Shown: positions 1 through 10,046, counted from the stretch's first letter. The stretch: DNA of 64,000 nucleotides from an uncultured Verrucomicrobiae bacterium (GCA_963806855.1 CAWDYW010000001.1:736001-800000), one strand, 5' to 3'. Notes: generated by a model not told the origin, from the sequence alone. A program made the numbers and translations.

Positions 1-64
1 GTGAAATATTGTAAAGCATCAAAGGAATTTGAAGCAAGCAGAACGGATAGAATAGGATTGCTTT

Positions 65-1105
65 TTAAGATTCTTCCGAACCTCCTAATAATTTTGTTTC
101 AAATTTCTGGATTAAATTGGTCAATTCTTCTTCTGCCAGTTTTGCCTCAAGGCTTTTCCGATGATTTGCATATTTATCATATTGGGCATAAGCCAATTCT
201 TTGGCTAACTCAGCGGAAATCTTGCCAGCAGAATTAAGAATGTCCCGTTCGTTAAGCTGTAAGAATGCATCAAGTTTGGTCTTCCAATTGTTCATATACA
301 TAACTTTTCGCGAACGAGTTTGCAATTCCGCAAAGTCAATGTACTGATTGACCAAGAGGTCTAGGGTCTCAATCTCCTCTTTCTTCATGTAATTTTTGGC
401 GATTTCGACATCCTGCTTCCCTAAAACTTTGCCTCTGCCAGCGCCTTTCCAAGTCGTAAGCCCCATATTCGGTCTAAGAGCATCGGCACGACTGTGGATG
501 ACTTCAGCAGCTGTCATTCCTGTCACTGCAAAAATCAGCTTATTCTGCACAGTGGCAAAAAATTCTTGGGTCATTGGATGCTTTGGATCATAATCAGCAC
601 TCAACATATAAATATCTCTGATTTTTTGATAAAATCTCTTTTCAGATGCGCGAATGACCCGAATTCGTTCAAGAAGCTCATCAAAATAATCTAATCCACC
701 GGGATTAGAAAGGCGCTCATCGTCCATTGTGAACCCCTTCACAATGTATTCTTGCAACCGTTGAGTAGCCCACTGCCGAAATTGCGTTCCTCGAGCGGAT
801 TGAATCCTATAACCGACAGCAATAATGGACTCCAGGCGGTAGAGTTTGGTGCGGTAATTTTTACCGTCCCGGGCAGTTACTAAGGATTCCTTAGTAACTG
901 AACTTGGATCCAGTTCTCCTTCAGAAAATATATTCTTTAAGTGCATGGTAATATTTTCTGGAGTTGTCTGAAATAGCTCAGACATCAGTCTTTGCGTCAG
1001 CCATACAGTTTCTTCTTCAAGACGTACTTCAATCTTTTGCTTGCCATCTTCAGTTTGATAAAACAGCATAGTGCTTTTCAGGATAATCCCTTCTTCTTCA
1101 GACAT
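65..1105 (-). CDS. Virulence RhuM family protein
   Basis: 346 aa ORF with 'ETVWLTQRLMSELF', 'IIAVGYRIQSARGTQFRQWAT', 'DYFDELLERIRVIRASEKRFYQK' and 'MGLTTWK', all typical of the RhuM family. Confidence 0.9.
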   Translation of the reverse strand: MSEEEGIILKSTMLFYQTEDGKQKIEVRLEEETVWLTQRLMSELFQTTPENITMHLKNIFSEGELDPSSVTKESLVTARDGKNYRTKLYRLESIIAVGYRIQSARGTQFRQWATQRLQEYIVKGFTMDDERLSNPGGLDYFDELLERIRVIRASEKRFYQKIRDIYMLSADYDPKHPMTQEFFATVQNKLIFAVTGMTAAEVIHSRADALRPNMGLTTWKGAGRGKVLGKQDVEIAKNYMKKEEIETLDLLVNQYIDFAELQTRSRKVMYMNNWKTKLDAFLQLNERDILNSAGKISAELAKELAYAQYDKYANHRKSLEAKLAEEELTNLIQKFETKLLGGSEES

Positions 1106-1301
1106 AAAACCCCATTCATCAAAGAAAAATATTATAATAGGAGAATGGATAAAAGAGGAAATCTTTCTTTCTGTCTATCCTTGAGTTTCGGCTCATTATA
1201 AAAAAGATTTTAGTATAATATTTTGCAAACTATTAATTTTAATAATTTTATTTAAAATCATAATTTTGTATAATAATCTATTATTAATATGAGGGAATGT
1301 A

Positions 1302-2111
1302 ATGCAAAACGTCATCACTGCAGCCACTTTTGGGATCAATCTATTGCAGTCGGTCACCCCCGATGATATCCCCTTTAAGAGGGCTATCCAAACAGCCTAT
1401 GACTATTCTGGCGCAGCTATGTTAGCATTGACCGCCGTCGCCACCACCTATTCCTACCTGAATCAGCCGGCTCCTAAAGGCAATAAAAATCAAACCTATC
1501 ATGATCGCTTGACCCACGTACATGCCTTAGTTTTCGCGATGATCCCGACGGTTTTTCTCGGTTTGGAAACTTGGCACATCATCCTCCTTTCAGCCAATTC
1601 CCTTAAGGATTACCTCTTTTTGCCAACCCATGGCTACCACTTCACCACCCGCGTAGCTGCGTCAGTAGGAATGGGAGCGCTCCTTGCCTGGCAAGAGGGA
1701 AGTTCCCTAAAAGGAGCATTTTTAGATAGCCTTTTCAACTTCGCGCTCGGTGGCCTGCCCATCTATCGACTCATCTCTAATTCGATCTCCAAGCTCCCTC
1801 CCAAAGCTGCTGCCATCATCCCGACCAATTTCATCAACCGATCGATCGCCAATCTTGGTGCAATGAAAAAGGGAGAGATTCTGGCCGATTTAGCCCTCTC
1901 AATTGCCAATGGCCCAGCGATAGCCAGTGCTGTCCAAACCGAGAAAGAAAAGCGATGTGCTGAAATTAAGACCTTTAAATTTCTCGAGTGTGATCAAGGG
2001 CCTGTCTCAAGGATCGTTCAAACAGTCATGGCCTGCTTTCGCAACTCTCAAACCATTGCCAAAATTGAGCAGATTTGTACAGAGCTCAAGGCCGCCGATC
2101 CATGTATATAG
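1302..2111 (+). CDS. Hypothetical membrane protein
   Basis: 269 aa ORF with several hydrophobic segments, preceded by an AT-rich intergenic region and a GAGGG RBS. Confidence 0.7.
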   Translation: MQNVITAATFGINLLQSVTPDDIPFKRAIQTAYDYSGAAMLALTAVATTYSYLNQPAPKGNKNQTYHDRLTHVHALVFAMIPTVFLGLETWHIILLSANSLKDYLFLPTHGYHFTTRVAASVGMGALLAWQEGSSLKGAFLDSLFNFALGGLPIYRLISNSISKLPPKAAAIIPTNFINRSIANLGAMKKGEILADLALSIANGPAIASAVQTEKEKRCAEIKTFKFLECDQGPVSRIVQTVMACFRNSQTIAKIEQICTELKAADPCI

Positions 2112-2126
2112 AATTATATTTAACGA

Positions 2127-2156
2127 TTGACTGAAAATAAGTTGTTAATATATAAT
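2127..2156 (+). promoter_or_regulatory. Sigma70/66-like promoter
   Basis: TTGACT-18 nt-TATAAT upstream of the ORF at 2215. Confidence 0.55.
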
Positions 2157-2214
2157 CAATTTTGTTAAATTAAAAAGGATTAAATATGTCTAAAACCGTT
2201 AAGGAGTAATCAAA

Positions 2215-3429
2215 ATGGCAGGAGCAGCAGCAATACAAGCCCCTCAATATGTTCAATTTTCTGAGGGCTATCTTGAAGAGCGACAGTCCAAACTAGCGAA
2301 GATTCACAGTGCAGAATCATGGATTTGTAGTATTGGGGCGTCTGTTCCAGTAGCTCTGATTGGAGCCACATTGCTAAAAGAGGCAGGGGTAGAGGTCCTC
2401 CAACCCGATTATCTGTCTCGCCTGACCCGCCCAGCTCTTTCGGCCACTGGACTATTTGTCGGCCTTGGGCTGTGGGCCACAAGAAATATGAGCATGCATG
2501 TGAAAGCTTCTCCGGCGCAAAAAAAATTCGCCTCCCTTATCTCCTTAATTACTACAGCAGGGATAGCATATGGATTTGCAACTCTGGGAGCTATCTTGCT
2601 AAAGAAAGCAGGGATTGAGGTAATCCCAACCGATTATATCACCCGTTTGCTTCATCCAGTTGCTTTTGCCTCCGTTGCCACTATCACTGTTCTCTCCAGT
2701 GTGATTGTTGCGATAAAAGTGAAACCTCAGCCGCAGATAACGATGAGTAAATCAAAAGAGGAAGTCGAAACACTTCTGAGAGAAGTTCGAGCCCATCTGA
2801 AAGATGCAGAAGATGTGCAAGTAGCTAAGGGGCATAGGGAAGACAAGCAGGAATTTCAACTGAAAAGGGCTCAGGCACAGCACGATGAGGTATATGATCT
2901 ATTAGATGCAGTGCGCAAAGCTAATGAAATACAAGGTTTTTTGATTAAAGATACACCTTGGATTAAGACTTTGGAAAGATTGGTAAACCAGCTTGAAACT
3001 CAACTAAAGGCATCTCTAATAAAAGTTCAAGTCGTTGATGATTCTAACACGAGTGTTGTTGAAGACCGAATCTATATTACTCCAGAAACGGCAGCGCTGA
3101 TCAAGAAGTATGAAGTGCAAAAAGCAAGTGAAAAGCCAAAAATGGACCAAAGAGGTCAAATAAGAGAGGCTATCATCAGATTATTCCGAGGTGGTGATTC
3201 CATTGATAAAATCAGTCAAGATCTCAAAATTCCGACTGATAAGTTAGAGAAATGGAAGCAGATTGCAGTGCTAAGGTTCGCCACTCTTGAGAAAGAGGAA
3301 GGGGAGTACTTAAATAAATATAAACTTGAAGTAGAGCTTGTCTCAATTGTCGACGACATTGTTGAAGAGGAAAAGAAACAAGTTGAGCCAGCAGCAATTC
3401 AAAATGTGCAAAATAATAATAACCTATAA
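2215..3429 (+). CDS. Hypothetical Inc-like membrane/coiled-coil protein (paralog of 3442..4536)
   Basis: 404 aa; AAGGAG RBS; two repeated hydrophobic hairpin modules followed by a charged helical C-terminus. Confidence 0.75.
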   Translation: MAGAAAIQAPQYVQFSEGYLEERQSKLAKIHSAESWICSIGASVPVALIGATLLKEAGVEVLQPDYLSRLTRPALSATGLFVGLGLWATRNMSMHVKASPAQKKFASLISLITTAGIAYGFATLGAILLKKAGIEVIPTDYITRLLHPVAFASVATITVLSSVIVAIKVKPQPQITMSKSKEEVETLLREVRAHLKDAEDVQVAKGHREDKQEFQLKRAQAQHDEVYDLLDAVRKANEIQGFLIKDTPWIKTLERLVNQLETQLKASLIKVQVVDDSNTSVVEDRIYITPETAALIKKYEVQKASEKPKMDQRGQIREAIIRLFRGGDSIDKISQDLKIPTDKLEKWKQIAVLRFATLEKEEGEYLNKYKLEVELVSIVDDIVEEEKKQVEPAAIQNVQNNNNL

Positions 3430-3441
3430 GGAGTAGTAAAA

Positions 3442-4536
3442 ATGGCAGCAGGAGTATCAGCAGCAAATTTATTCCCACCGAATCCAGCTAACCGTTTCTT
3501 TGAAGAAGCGCCCGCAAACCGGAAAAAATACTACTCCTATGAAACCTGGATTTCTCGTATTAGTTTTACCATCCCGGCAGTCTTAGGGGTAGCTAAAGCT
3601 CTGAAAGGGGCAGGAGTGAGGTCGGTGTGGATCAATACCGCCGATCGTTATTTTATCCCTGGGCTTATCGCTTCGGCTGCGATTTTAGGATTAGGATTTT
3701 TCTATACAAGAGGGAAGTTACTCCAATTGAGCGCTGGACCCCCGCTCGATACATCAAATTCTTTAACAAAGGCTGATGCCACCCATTTTTCATCAAGAAT
3801 AGATGAAGCCCAGAAGGTGAAACTGCTTGATGTGGAATCGATCAAAAAACTCAGCGAATGGAAAGAGGGGTTAAAGACCTACCTAGATCTCAAAGGAGAT
3901 CGCCATTACCTAGGTCCACAAGAAAGAGTCCGAATCAAAGAGATGCTGGAATCTTTTGAGGTATTTGAAAGAAACCTCGCTGATACTGCGATGACCAAAG
4001 AGTCAATTTCAACTCTCTTGAAAGCTGTTCGCGATTGGATCAAAGAGCATCGTTATTCCTTAATACATTTCAAAAAACCAAAACTTGCTAAGTCTAAGAA
4101 AGAAACATCTGAAGAGCTCGCGCAATGCTTACGTCGTCTTGATCCTAATGCCCCCTGCCCAGAGATTACTGTAGCGAATGATCCCTGGTGTGAGACCTTA
4201 AATCTGCTCAATGTAAGTTTAGCTAAGCTGCTCGAGAAAGTTGAAGCTGCACCTGATGAAGCTCGTGTGAACCGTAATCCGGAAATCATGGCCCAGGTCA
4301 ATAAATATAATGGACTATTAGGAAAAGAAAAGACGCGCATTGAAAAAAGAGATAGAATCAGAGCGGCCATTATTAGATTATTAAAAGATGAACCTGTCGA
4401 CCCCCTGCCCCTTGGGATTACTCAAGTGAAGTTAGATGCATGGAAAGGCTTGGCTCTTACCGCAGTAAGGAATGTGGAAATCGAACTAGTGGAGAGAAGG
4501 ATTTTAGAGCTTAGCTACAGTTTGCTTCAGGATTAA
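3442..4536 (+). CDS. Hypothetical Inc-like membrane/coiled-coil protein (paralog of 2215..3429)
   Basis: 364 aa; AAGGAG RBS; one hydrophobic hairpin; motifs shared with the upstream gene. Confidence 0.75.
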   Translation: MAAGVSAANLFPPNPANRFFEEAPANRKKYYSYETWISRISFTIPAVLGVAKALKGAGVRSVWINTADRYFIPGLIASAAILGLGFFYTRGKLLQLSAGPPLDTSNSLTKADATHFSSRIDEAQKVKLLDVESIKKLSEWKEGLKTYLDLKGDRHYLGPQERVRIKEMLESFEVFERNLADTAMTKESISTLLKAVRDWIKEHRYSLIHFKKPKLAKSKKETSEELAQCLRRLDPNAPCPEITVANDPWCETLNLLNVSLAKLLEKVEAAPDEARVNRNPEIMAQVNKYNGLLGKEKTRIEKRDRIRAAIIRLLKDEPVDPLPLGITQVKLDAWKGLALTAVRNVEIELVERRILELSYSLLQD

Positions 4537-4567
4537 TTTTCTTCCTGCTATTATATTTCAATAATTT

Positions 4568-5668
4568 ATGGACAAACTGAGCATCCTTGCGAAAAAACCC
4601 TATGCCCTCGATTTCTCCCTCAAAGACTGGGAAAAGTGGTGCTTGGAGCAAAGTCTCCCTAAATTCACCGCCGCGCAAATCTACCAGTGGATTTTCCAAA
4701 AAGGGGTCGTCGATCCAAACTCCTTCACCAACCTCTCCCAATCGATTCGGGCTCAGCTTAGCTCCACCTTCAATTGGAGCCTCCCTGAAGTCGACGCCCA
4801 CCTCATTTCAAAAGACACGAGTGAAAAATTCCTCCTGAAAACCGCCGATGGCCTCCTCTTTGAGATGGTGCTCATGCCCTATGAGAATCGCTCCACCTTG
4901 TGCATCAGCAGCCAAGTGGGATGTAAAATGGGGTGCACCTTCTGCCAGACAGGGAAGATGGGCTTTAAGCGTAACTTAAGCTCGGGGGAGATCCTCTCGC
5001 AGCTCATTCTGGCCAATCAAAGAGGTGAAAAAGTCTCCAACATCGTTTTCATGGGGATGGGTGAGCCGCTCGACAATTATGACGAAGTGGTCAAAGCCTG
5101 CACCATCATGATCGATCCGAAAGCCTTTGCCCTCTCGACCGCTCGCGTGACCATCTCGACCGCGGGTCTCGTCCCCGAAATCCGGAAACTGGCCCGCGAT
5201 TTGCCCGTCCGCCTGGCCATTTCCCTCCATACCGCCGACGATGCCAAGCGAAGCGCCATGATGCCGATCAACCGCACTTATAGCCTCGAAGTGCTCAAAG
5301 AGGCCCTCTTAGAGTACCCCGCCCCCAAGCGGTATGGGATCACCTTCGAGTATGTGATGATCGAAGGGGCCAACGATAGCCTGCAAGATGCGAAGAAATT
5401 GGTCCGCTTCCTGCATGGCCTCAAGGCAAAAGTCAACCTGATCCCGATCAACCATTTCCCCGGAGTCGAGATGAAAGCCTCCGATGCCGAGCGGATCAGA
5501 GAATTTCAAACCTATCTAACTGACCGCTCCATCCCTGCCCCCGTCCGGTATAGCCGAGGGCAGGATATCAGCGGCGGCTGTGGGCAATTAGCAGCAAAAC
5601 GAGAAGATGAGCTCGACCTTGATCCTCGGGAAGTCAGCCGTAGACGACGGGCCGAGCTAAAACAATAA
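4568..5668 (+). CDS. rlmN: 23S rRNA (A2503-C2) methyltransferase, radical SAM
   Basis: CISSQVGCKMGCTFC radical SAM motif, MGMGEP, and C-terminal 'DISGGCGQL'. Confidence 0.97.
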   Translation: MDKLSILAKKPYALDFSLKDWEKWCLEQSLPKFTAAQIYQWIFQKGVVDPNSFTNLSQSIRAQLSSTFNWSLPEVDAHLISKDTSEKFLLKTADGLLFEMVLMPYENRSTLCISSQVGCKMGCTFCQTGKMGFKRNLSSGEILSQLILANQRGEKVSNIVFMGMGEPLDNYDEVVKACTIMIDPKAFALSTARVTISTAGLVPEIRKLARDLPVRLAISLHTADDAKRSAMMPINRTYSLEVLKEALLEYPAPKRYGITFEYVMIEGANDSLQDAKKLVRFLHGLKAKVNLIPINHFPGVEMKASDAERIREFQTYLTDRSIPAPVRYSRGQDISGGCGQLAAKREDELDLDPREVSRRRRAELKQ

Positions 5669-5681
5669 AAATGAGGTAAAA

Positions 5682-5966
5682 ATGAGTGGTAGAATTGATG
5701 GAAGGACACCGAACTATGAAGTTCAAATGTATGAATTAAAAGAGGAATTCAAAGATCAGCCGGACGCGAAATTGATTGACAACGCAATAGCAGCGGTCAA
5801 AGCTGGGCGTTGTGCTGAAGCCGGTGCGCTTGTCAAAAATATTACAGATGAAGACCTAAAAACTGAGGTGATTGGTGAGATCTCTGCTTTAATTGAAGAT
5901 ACATTTGGCAGTTCTTCAGCTAAAGCTTACGAGGGATTACAGCAATTCCTCGATAACTGTCTATAA
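5682..5966 (+). CDS. Small hypothetical protein
   Basis: 94 aa ORF with GAGGT RBS, followed by a terminator. Confidence 0.7.
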   Translation: MSGRIDGRTPNYEVQMYELKEEFKDQPDAKLIDNAIAAVKAGRCAEAGALVKNITDEDLKTEVIGEISALIEDTFGSSSAKAYEGLQQFLDNCL

Positions 5967-5976
5967 TGAACCTATC

Positions 5977-6012
5977 ACAGGATCCTGCTCGCGAAGCGGA
6001 TCCTGTTTTTTT
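5977..6012 (+). terminator. Intrinsic terminator between convergent genes
   Basis: ACAGGATCC...GGATCCTGT stem followed by a T run. Confidence 0.8.
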
Positions 6013-7750
6013 ATTTCTTCTTCAATAAACCCGCCAAACCACGAGTTGGAAGTGCAGCATCTCGTTTTCCATACCGCTCAGCAAGTTGAATATATTTCTC
6101 TGCTTCCTCCTTATCTTTCAAACCACCCTCTCCATTGTGGCACATAAGAGCATATTGATATGCAGCCTCACCGCGAAGAGTCCTATTCTCCCATCCTTGA
6201 GTACTGTCCGCAGCTTGTTTAAACCACTTTCTCGCTTCGGGACGGTTCTCTCTACAACCGAGCCCACCATAAGATATACGAGCTAGTTCACACATGGCAT
6301 GAGGAATTCCATTAGCTTCCTCAGCCTCTCCTCCGAGCCCAAGCTCAATCATTTGAATATATTCGTAATTAGCTTTCTGGGCTAATTCTTTACCTACCAC
6401 AGTAGATCTGTCAGCTAATTTTTTAAAATAACTTCGTGCGAGAATCAAAATAAGCATATTCATCGAGAGTGATTTCATTTGCTTAAGCAGGGCCATGATT
6501 TGCTCAGCATGCTCACTAAGAGAATAACAAGGCGAAATAAATTCATTAAAGGCTTCGTCGAAAAACTGCAATGCTTGGAAAAGATCGTCGCACCTTTCAT
6601 TCAAATTTAATTCAAGATATTTGAGTCGCGCTGGAATATATCCCTGCGCTGCCATTTCGCGGACTTCGGCAATTGCCAGCATATTTCTAGATTTATAATA
6701 CCATTCAGTTGAAGATGCGGGTATGAGTAATAGATCTTGAGCAATCCAAAAGCGAGCTTCAACAATTTCACTTGCTGCGGCTTGATAATAATCTCTTGCC
6801 CTTCGAGAATCCTTTTCGCCGCCAATTCCCTTATCCCACATTTCACCTAAACGAATTGCAACTTGAGATCGTATAGGATCATCTCGCAAGCTAAAATAAG
6901 CTTGCTCTAAATATTTACGTTCTTCAACTACGTCTACCTTGCCTCCCTTGCCCTCCCGACACATTATGGCATATTGATACATCGCATTAGAATCGCGCAA
7001 ATCCGCTGCACGTTTATAAAGTTCTCTAGCCTGATCTTCCGATGAAGCTCCAGCCTGCTTCATGATCTCTTCAACAGTTGGCGCATGTCTACGCGTTTCT
7101 ACAGCAGGGAGTTTGGTTGATTCGGGTTGAGCGATGGTGATGGGAGCTGGCGTTGGTGCGGTTGCTTTCGGTAGGGCGGCTGGGGCTTCTATACCTCTAT
7201 CGAGGAACGCGAGGAAATCCGCAACCGCATTCTCCGTATCTGTACCAGCCTGCTCTATGATCCGTTCATCAGTTGGCTCTAGTCTACTGGATTTTTCAAC
7301 AGCAGGGAGTTTTATTGCTTGAGATTCGGATGACTTGGGTGGGGCAGAGGGGGCGGGCGGTGGTGTTGATGTAGGAGGTATAGGTGCGGACAAGACTTCC
7401 TTAACCACTTTCTGCGCCTCTTTCGCAGCCTGGTCTATGGTCTCTTCAACTGCGGCGGGAGGTAATGCAGATATTGGTGATTCGGGTCGGGTTGCGGCGG
7501 GAGGTGGTACAGTTGTAGCGGGATCAATGTTGGTTGTAGTTGCGGGGGTGGTTGTGCTTTGACCAGCAGTTGCTGCAGTCGGAATTACTGCTTTCCATCT
7601 CCACCTAACAACAGCACATAGACTTAAAGCCAATGCAGATGAAATGACAATAAAAGGAACGATTTTATTGTCAGCATCTGTTGCTTCTTTAACGAATCGT
7701 TCACATAAATTATTAAGGTGGCTAGAGCCCGGAATTAACTTACATAGCAT
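6011..7750 (-). CDS. Sel1-like repeat protein with N-terminal TM segment and Pro/Thr-rich linker
   Basis: Sel1 repeats ('AMYQYAIMCREGKGGKVD', 'LGEMWDKGIGGEKD', 'AAYQYALMCHNGEGGLKD'); TM segment at about aa 30-48. Confidence 0.85.
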   Translation of the reverse strand: MLCKLIPGSSHLNNLCERFVKEATDADNKIVPFIVISSALALSLCAVVRWRWKAVIPTAATAGQSTTTPATTTNIDPATTVPPPAATRPESPISALPPAAVEETIDQAAKEAQKVVKEVLSAPIPPTSTPPPAPSAPPKSSESQAIKLPAVEKSSRLEPTDERIIEQAGTDTENAVADFLAFLDRGIEAPAALPKATAPTPAPITIAQPESTKLPAVETRRHAPTVEEIMKQAGASSEDQARELYKRAADLRDSNAMYQYAIMCREGKGGKVDVVEERKYLEQAYFSLRDDPIRSQVAIRLGEMWDKGIGGEKDSRRARDYYQAAASEIVEARFWIAQDLLLIPASSTEWYYKSRNMLAIAEVREMAAQGYIPARLKYLELNLNERCDDLFQALQFFDEAFNEFISPCYSLSEHAEQIMALLKQMKSLSMNMLILILARSYFKKLADRSTVVGKELAQKANYEYIQMIELGLGGEAEEANGIPHAMCELARISYGGLGCRENRPEARKWFKQAADSTQGWENRTLRGEAAYQYALMCHNGEGGLKDKEEAEKYIQLAERYGKRDAALPTRGLAGLLKKK

Positions 7751-7801
7751 ATTTTATCTCCTAAATATAAATAGATGAAAAAATAAATTTATTGGGAACT
7801 G

Positions 7802-7831
7802 ATTGTAATAAGTTGACGCATGGAATGTCAA
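7802..7831 (-). promoter_or_regulatory. Sigma70/66-like promoter of the Sel1 gene
   Basis: Minus strand TTGACA-18 nt-TACAAT, ~50 nt upstream of the ATG at 7750. Confidence 0.55.
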
Positions 7832-7860
7832 GGAAAGTGAATTTTATTTCCTGGACGGTT

Positions 7861-7895
7861 AGAAAAGAAGATTCACCACGCGGTGCGTGGTGAAT
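7861..7895 (-). terminator. Intrinsic terminator downstream of nfi
   Basis: ATTCACCACGC-ggt-GCGTGGTGAAT 11-bp stem, followed on the minus strand by CTTCTTTTCT. Confidence 0.7.
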
Positions 7896-7992
7896 TCAAG
7901 TGTGCAAGGGATGATGCTGGTTTAGGGTTCAAGGAACGGAAAGCTCCGCGCTCCTGATCCATCAATTGGATGAAAAAAAACTTTTCCCTTTT

Positions 7993-8643
7993 TCATGACT
8001 TTAGTTCCTTCGCATTTTCTCTTCGACAAGCATTCGCAGCAAGGTGTGCCTGCCTGGTAGGCTCAGGGAGTCGATATTTGCTTATGCAGTGCTTCACCCA
8101 TTTTACTGCGGAAGGCAATGAGACTCGATGCCCGGTAGAGATATACAGGGGGTTTGCCCGGGCCTTGCTTTGATAGGCCCTCCCGATCGTCTTCCCATTC
8201 CAAATTAAGCGGTCCTTTTGAACTTCTCCAACCAAAATCGATTTGGCCACCCCGATGGTGGGAATATCTAAAAGGACGCCGATGTGGCTCGCAATTCCAA
8301 GTCCACGCGGGTGGCTGATGCCATGCCCATCGACCAGGATGAGATCGGGCTTAATTTTGAGCTTGTTAAACGCATTCACAAGTGCTGGCGCCTCGCGGAA
8401 GCCCAGCAGGCCGGGGACGTAGGGGAAGAGCTGTTTTTCTGCTATTGTCGCCGTTTCGATGACCTTCAGCTCTTTTAGATCGAGCACCACAACGGCAGCA
8501 TAGATCATCTTGGCCGGGTCGTACAGATTGCAGCTGACATCCATCCCGCCGATATACCGAGGGGTGGCAAGATCGTCTTCGAGGATGACTTTCGCAGCCA
8601 TCTCGTTTTGCATCTCTTTTGCTTCTTTAATTGAAATGGTCAT
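7993..8643 (-). CDS. nfi: Endonuclease V (deoxyinosine 3' endonuclease)
   Basis: 'FPYVPGLLGFRE', 'VDGHGISHPRGLGIASHIG', 'GVAKS' and 'YRLPEPTRQAH'. Confidence 0.96.
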   Translation of the reverse strand: MTISIKEAKEMQNEMAAKVILEDDLATPRYIGGMDVSCNLYDPAKMIYAAVVVLDLKELKVIETATIAEKQLFPYVPGLLGFREAPALVNAFNKLKIKPDLILVDGHGISHPRGLGIASHIGVLLDIPTIGVAKSILVGEVQKDRLIWNGKTIGRAYQSKARANPLYISTGHRVSLPSAVKWVKHCISKYRLPEPTRQAHLAANACRRENAKELKS

Positions 8644-9595
8644 ACTGTTTGAGTTGCAACTTTACGGCTTTCCCTTGCCTCTGATAAAGAACAGGAGCCC
8701 CAGTATTTGTTATCTCCCCAATGGCAAAGAGGGGATGTCCAAACTGGGTGTGGAATTGTTTGCTGATTGGCTCATAGGATTGCCGATCAACGGTGAGTAG
8801 AATGCAGTAATCTTCGCCGCCAGTCAATGCAAATTTCACCGGGTCCCACTTCTCTTTTTCGCAGACCTGTAGCAGGGGAGAGGAGAGGGGGAGCTGGGAG
8901 AGTTCGACGAGGGCGCCGCATTTGGAGGCTTTGATCATTCGATTTAAGTCGATATCCAAGCCATCGGAGATATCCATCATCGCATGCACCCCTTTTTGCT
9001 TGGAGAGCCAGATCCCTTCAGCAGGGGATGGCTCAGGGTGAAAGTGGGCCCGGATCACATCTTCACACCCCTCTAATTTCTCCTGCAGGGCGCGCAAGCC
9101 AGCTCCGGAATCGCCTAGATAGCCAGTGACGCAGATCAGATCGCCCACTTGGGCCTCATGTCGGAATTTCACATGGGTGCTCGAGCCGATCAGCATGAGG
9201 TTGAAGTAGAGATCCCGTTTCGAGCCATCGGTATCTCCACCCAGTAGCTGGATATCCCATTTTCCGCAGGCGAGGCTGATCCCTTCGATCACTTTTTTTA
9301 GCCAAGCGGCATCGGTGGATGGGGGAAGGGCCATCGTCAGAAAAGCATATTGGGGTACGCCTCCTTTGGCAGCGATGTCGCTGACGTTGATGGCGATGAG
9401 TTTGTAGCCGAGCTCTTGTGGGGGGATTTGATCTTTGATGAAGTGGATCCATTCGAGCAGACCATCGGTTTTGACCAGCATCCCATTTGGAAGGATGGCG
9501 CAATCATCTCCAATGCCGACTATTGGGGGCCGAGCCCGAAAATGCTCTCCCAAATAAGCGACGATCTCTTCTTCACCCCAATCTTTGATTTGCAT
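8627..9595 (-). CDS. thiL: Thiamine-monophosphate kinase
   Basis: 'GIGDDCA', 'NVSDIAA', 'GGDT', 'MDISDGL' and 'GGEDY'. Confidence 0.95.
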   Translation of the reverse strand: MQIKDWGEEEIVAYLGEHFRARPPIVGIGDDCAILPNGMLVKTDGLLEWIHFIKDQIPPQELGYKLIAINVSDIAAKGGVPQYAFLTMALPPSTDAAWLKKVIEGISLACGKWDIQLLGGDTDGSKRDLYFNLMLIGSSTHVKFRHEAQVGDLICVTGYLGDSGAGLRALQEKLEGCEDVIRAHFHPEPSPAEGIWLSKQKGVHAMMDISDGLDIDLNRMIKASKCGALVELSQLPLSSPLLQVCEKEKWDPVKFALTGGEDYCILLTVDRQSYEPISKQFHTQFGHPLFAIGEITNTGAPVLYQRQGKAVKLQLKQYDHFN

Positions 9596-9968
9596 AGTTG
9601 TTTATGATCGGAATCACACCGTCGGTTAATGCTTTTTTCCCAAAATTGATCAGAAGCCCTAACTTTATACCTGTCAGACGCAGATGAGTCAAGAGCTGAG
9701 CTTCGTAGTAGGGAAAATGTTTCTCATTCGCTTTCACTTCGACGATGACCCGTTTATCGACGAGGATATCGAGAAAGAGGGGATCGCGGATGGGGGAGCC
9801 TTTATAGACGATCGGAATGGGCAATTGTCTTTGCGTCGGAATGCCGAGCAGCGACAGCTCGTGGCAAAGGGCCGATTCGTAGATGTTTTCTAGCAGGCCT
9901 GGGCCACCCAAAAGCTGGTGCACTTCAACTGCTGCATCGACAATTTTTCGAAGAAGCTCATCATCCAT
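9573..9968 (-). CDS. GxxExxY protein (PD-(D/E)XK nuclease-like)
   Basis: 'GPGLLENIYE', 'DILVDKRVIVEVK', 'AQLLTHL' and 'GLLINFG'. Confidence 0.92.
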   Translation of the reverse strand: MDDELLRKIVDAAVEVHQLLGGPGLLENIYESALCHELSLLGIPTQRQLPIPIVYKGSPIRDPLFLDILVDKRVIVEVKANEKHFPYYEAQLLTHLRLTGIKLGLLINFGKKALTDGVIPIINNYANQRLG

Positions 9969-10046
9969 GAGTGGACATCATACAAAATTTTTACGTTTTC
10001 ATCTATTGAAAAAAGCCATAGGATGGGAAGAGAACAGGGGGTATTT

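Noticed and set aside
65..1105. RhuM (and dinD at the other end) as prophage or island boundary markers
   Set aside because: There is no integrase, att site or phage gene in the window.
7896..7975. Structured intergenic stretch containing GGGTTCAAGG, considered as 6S or SRP RNA
   Set aside because: It has only small hairpins, lacks the SRP CAGG...GGAA...AGCAG motif and the long 6S rod, and cannot be supported without a covariance search.
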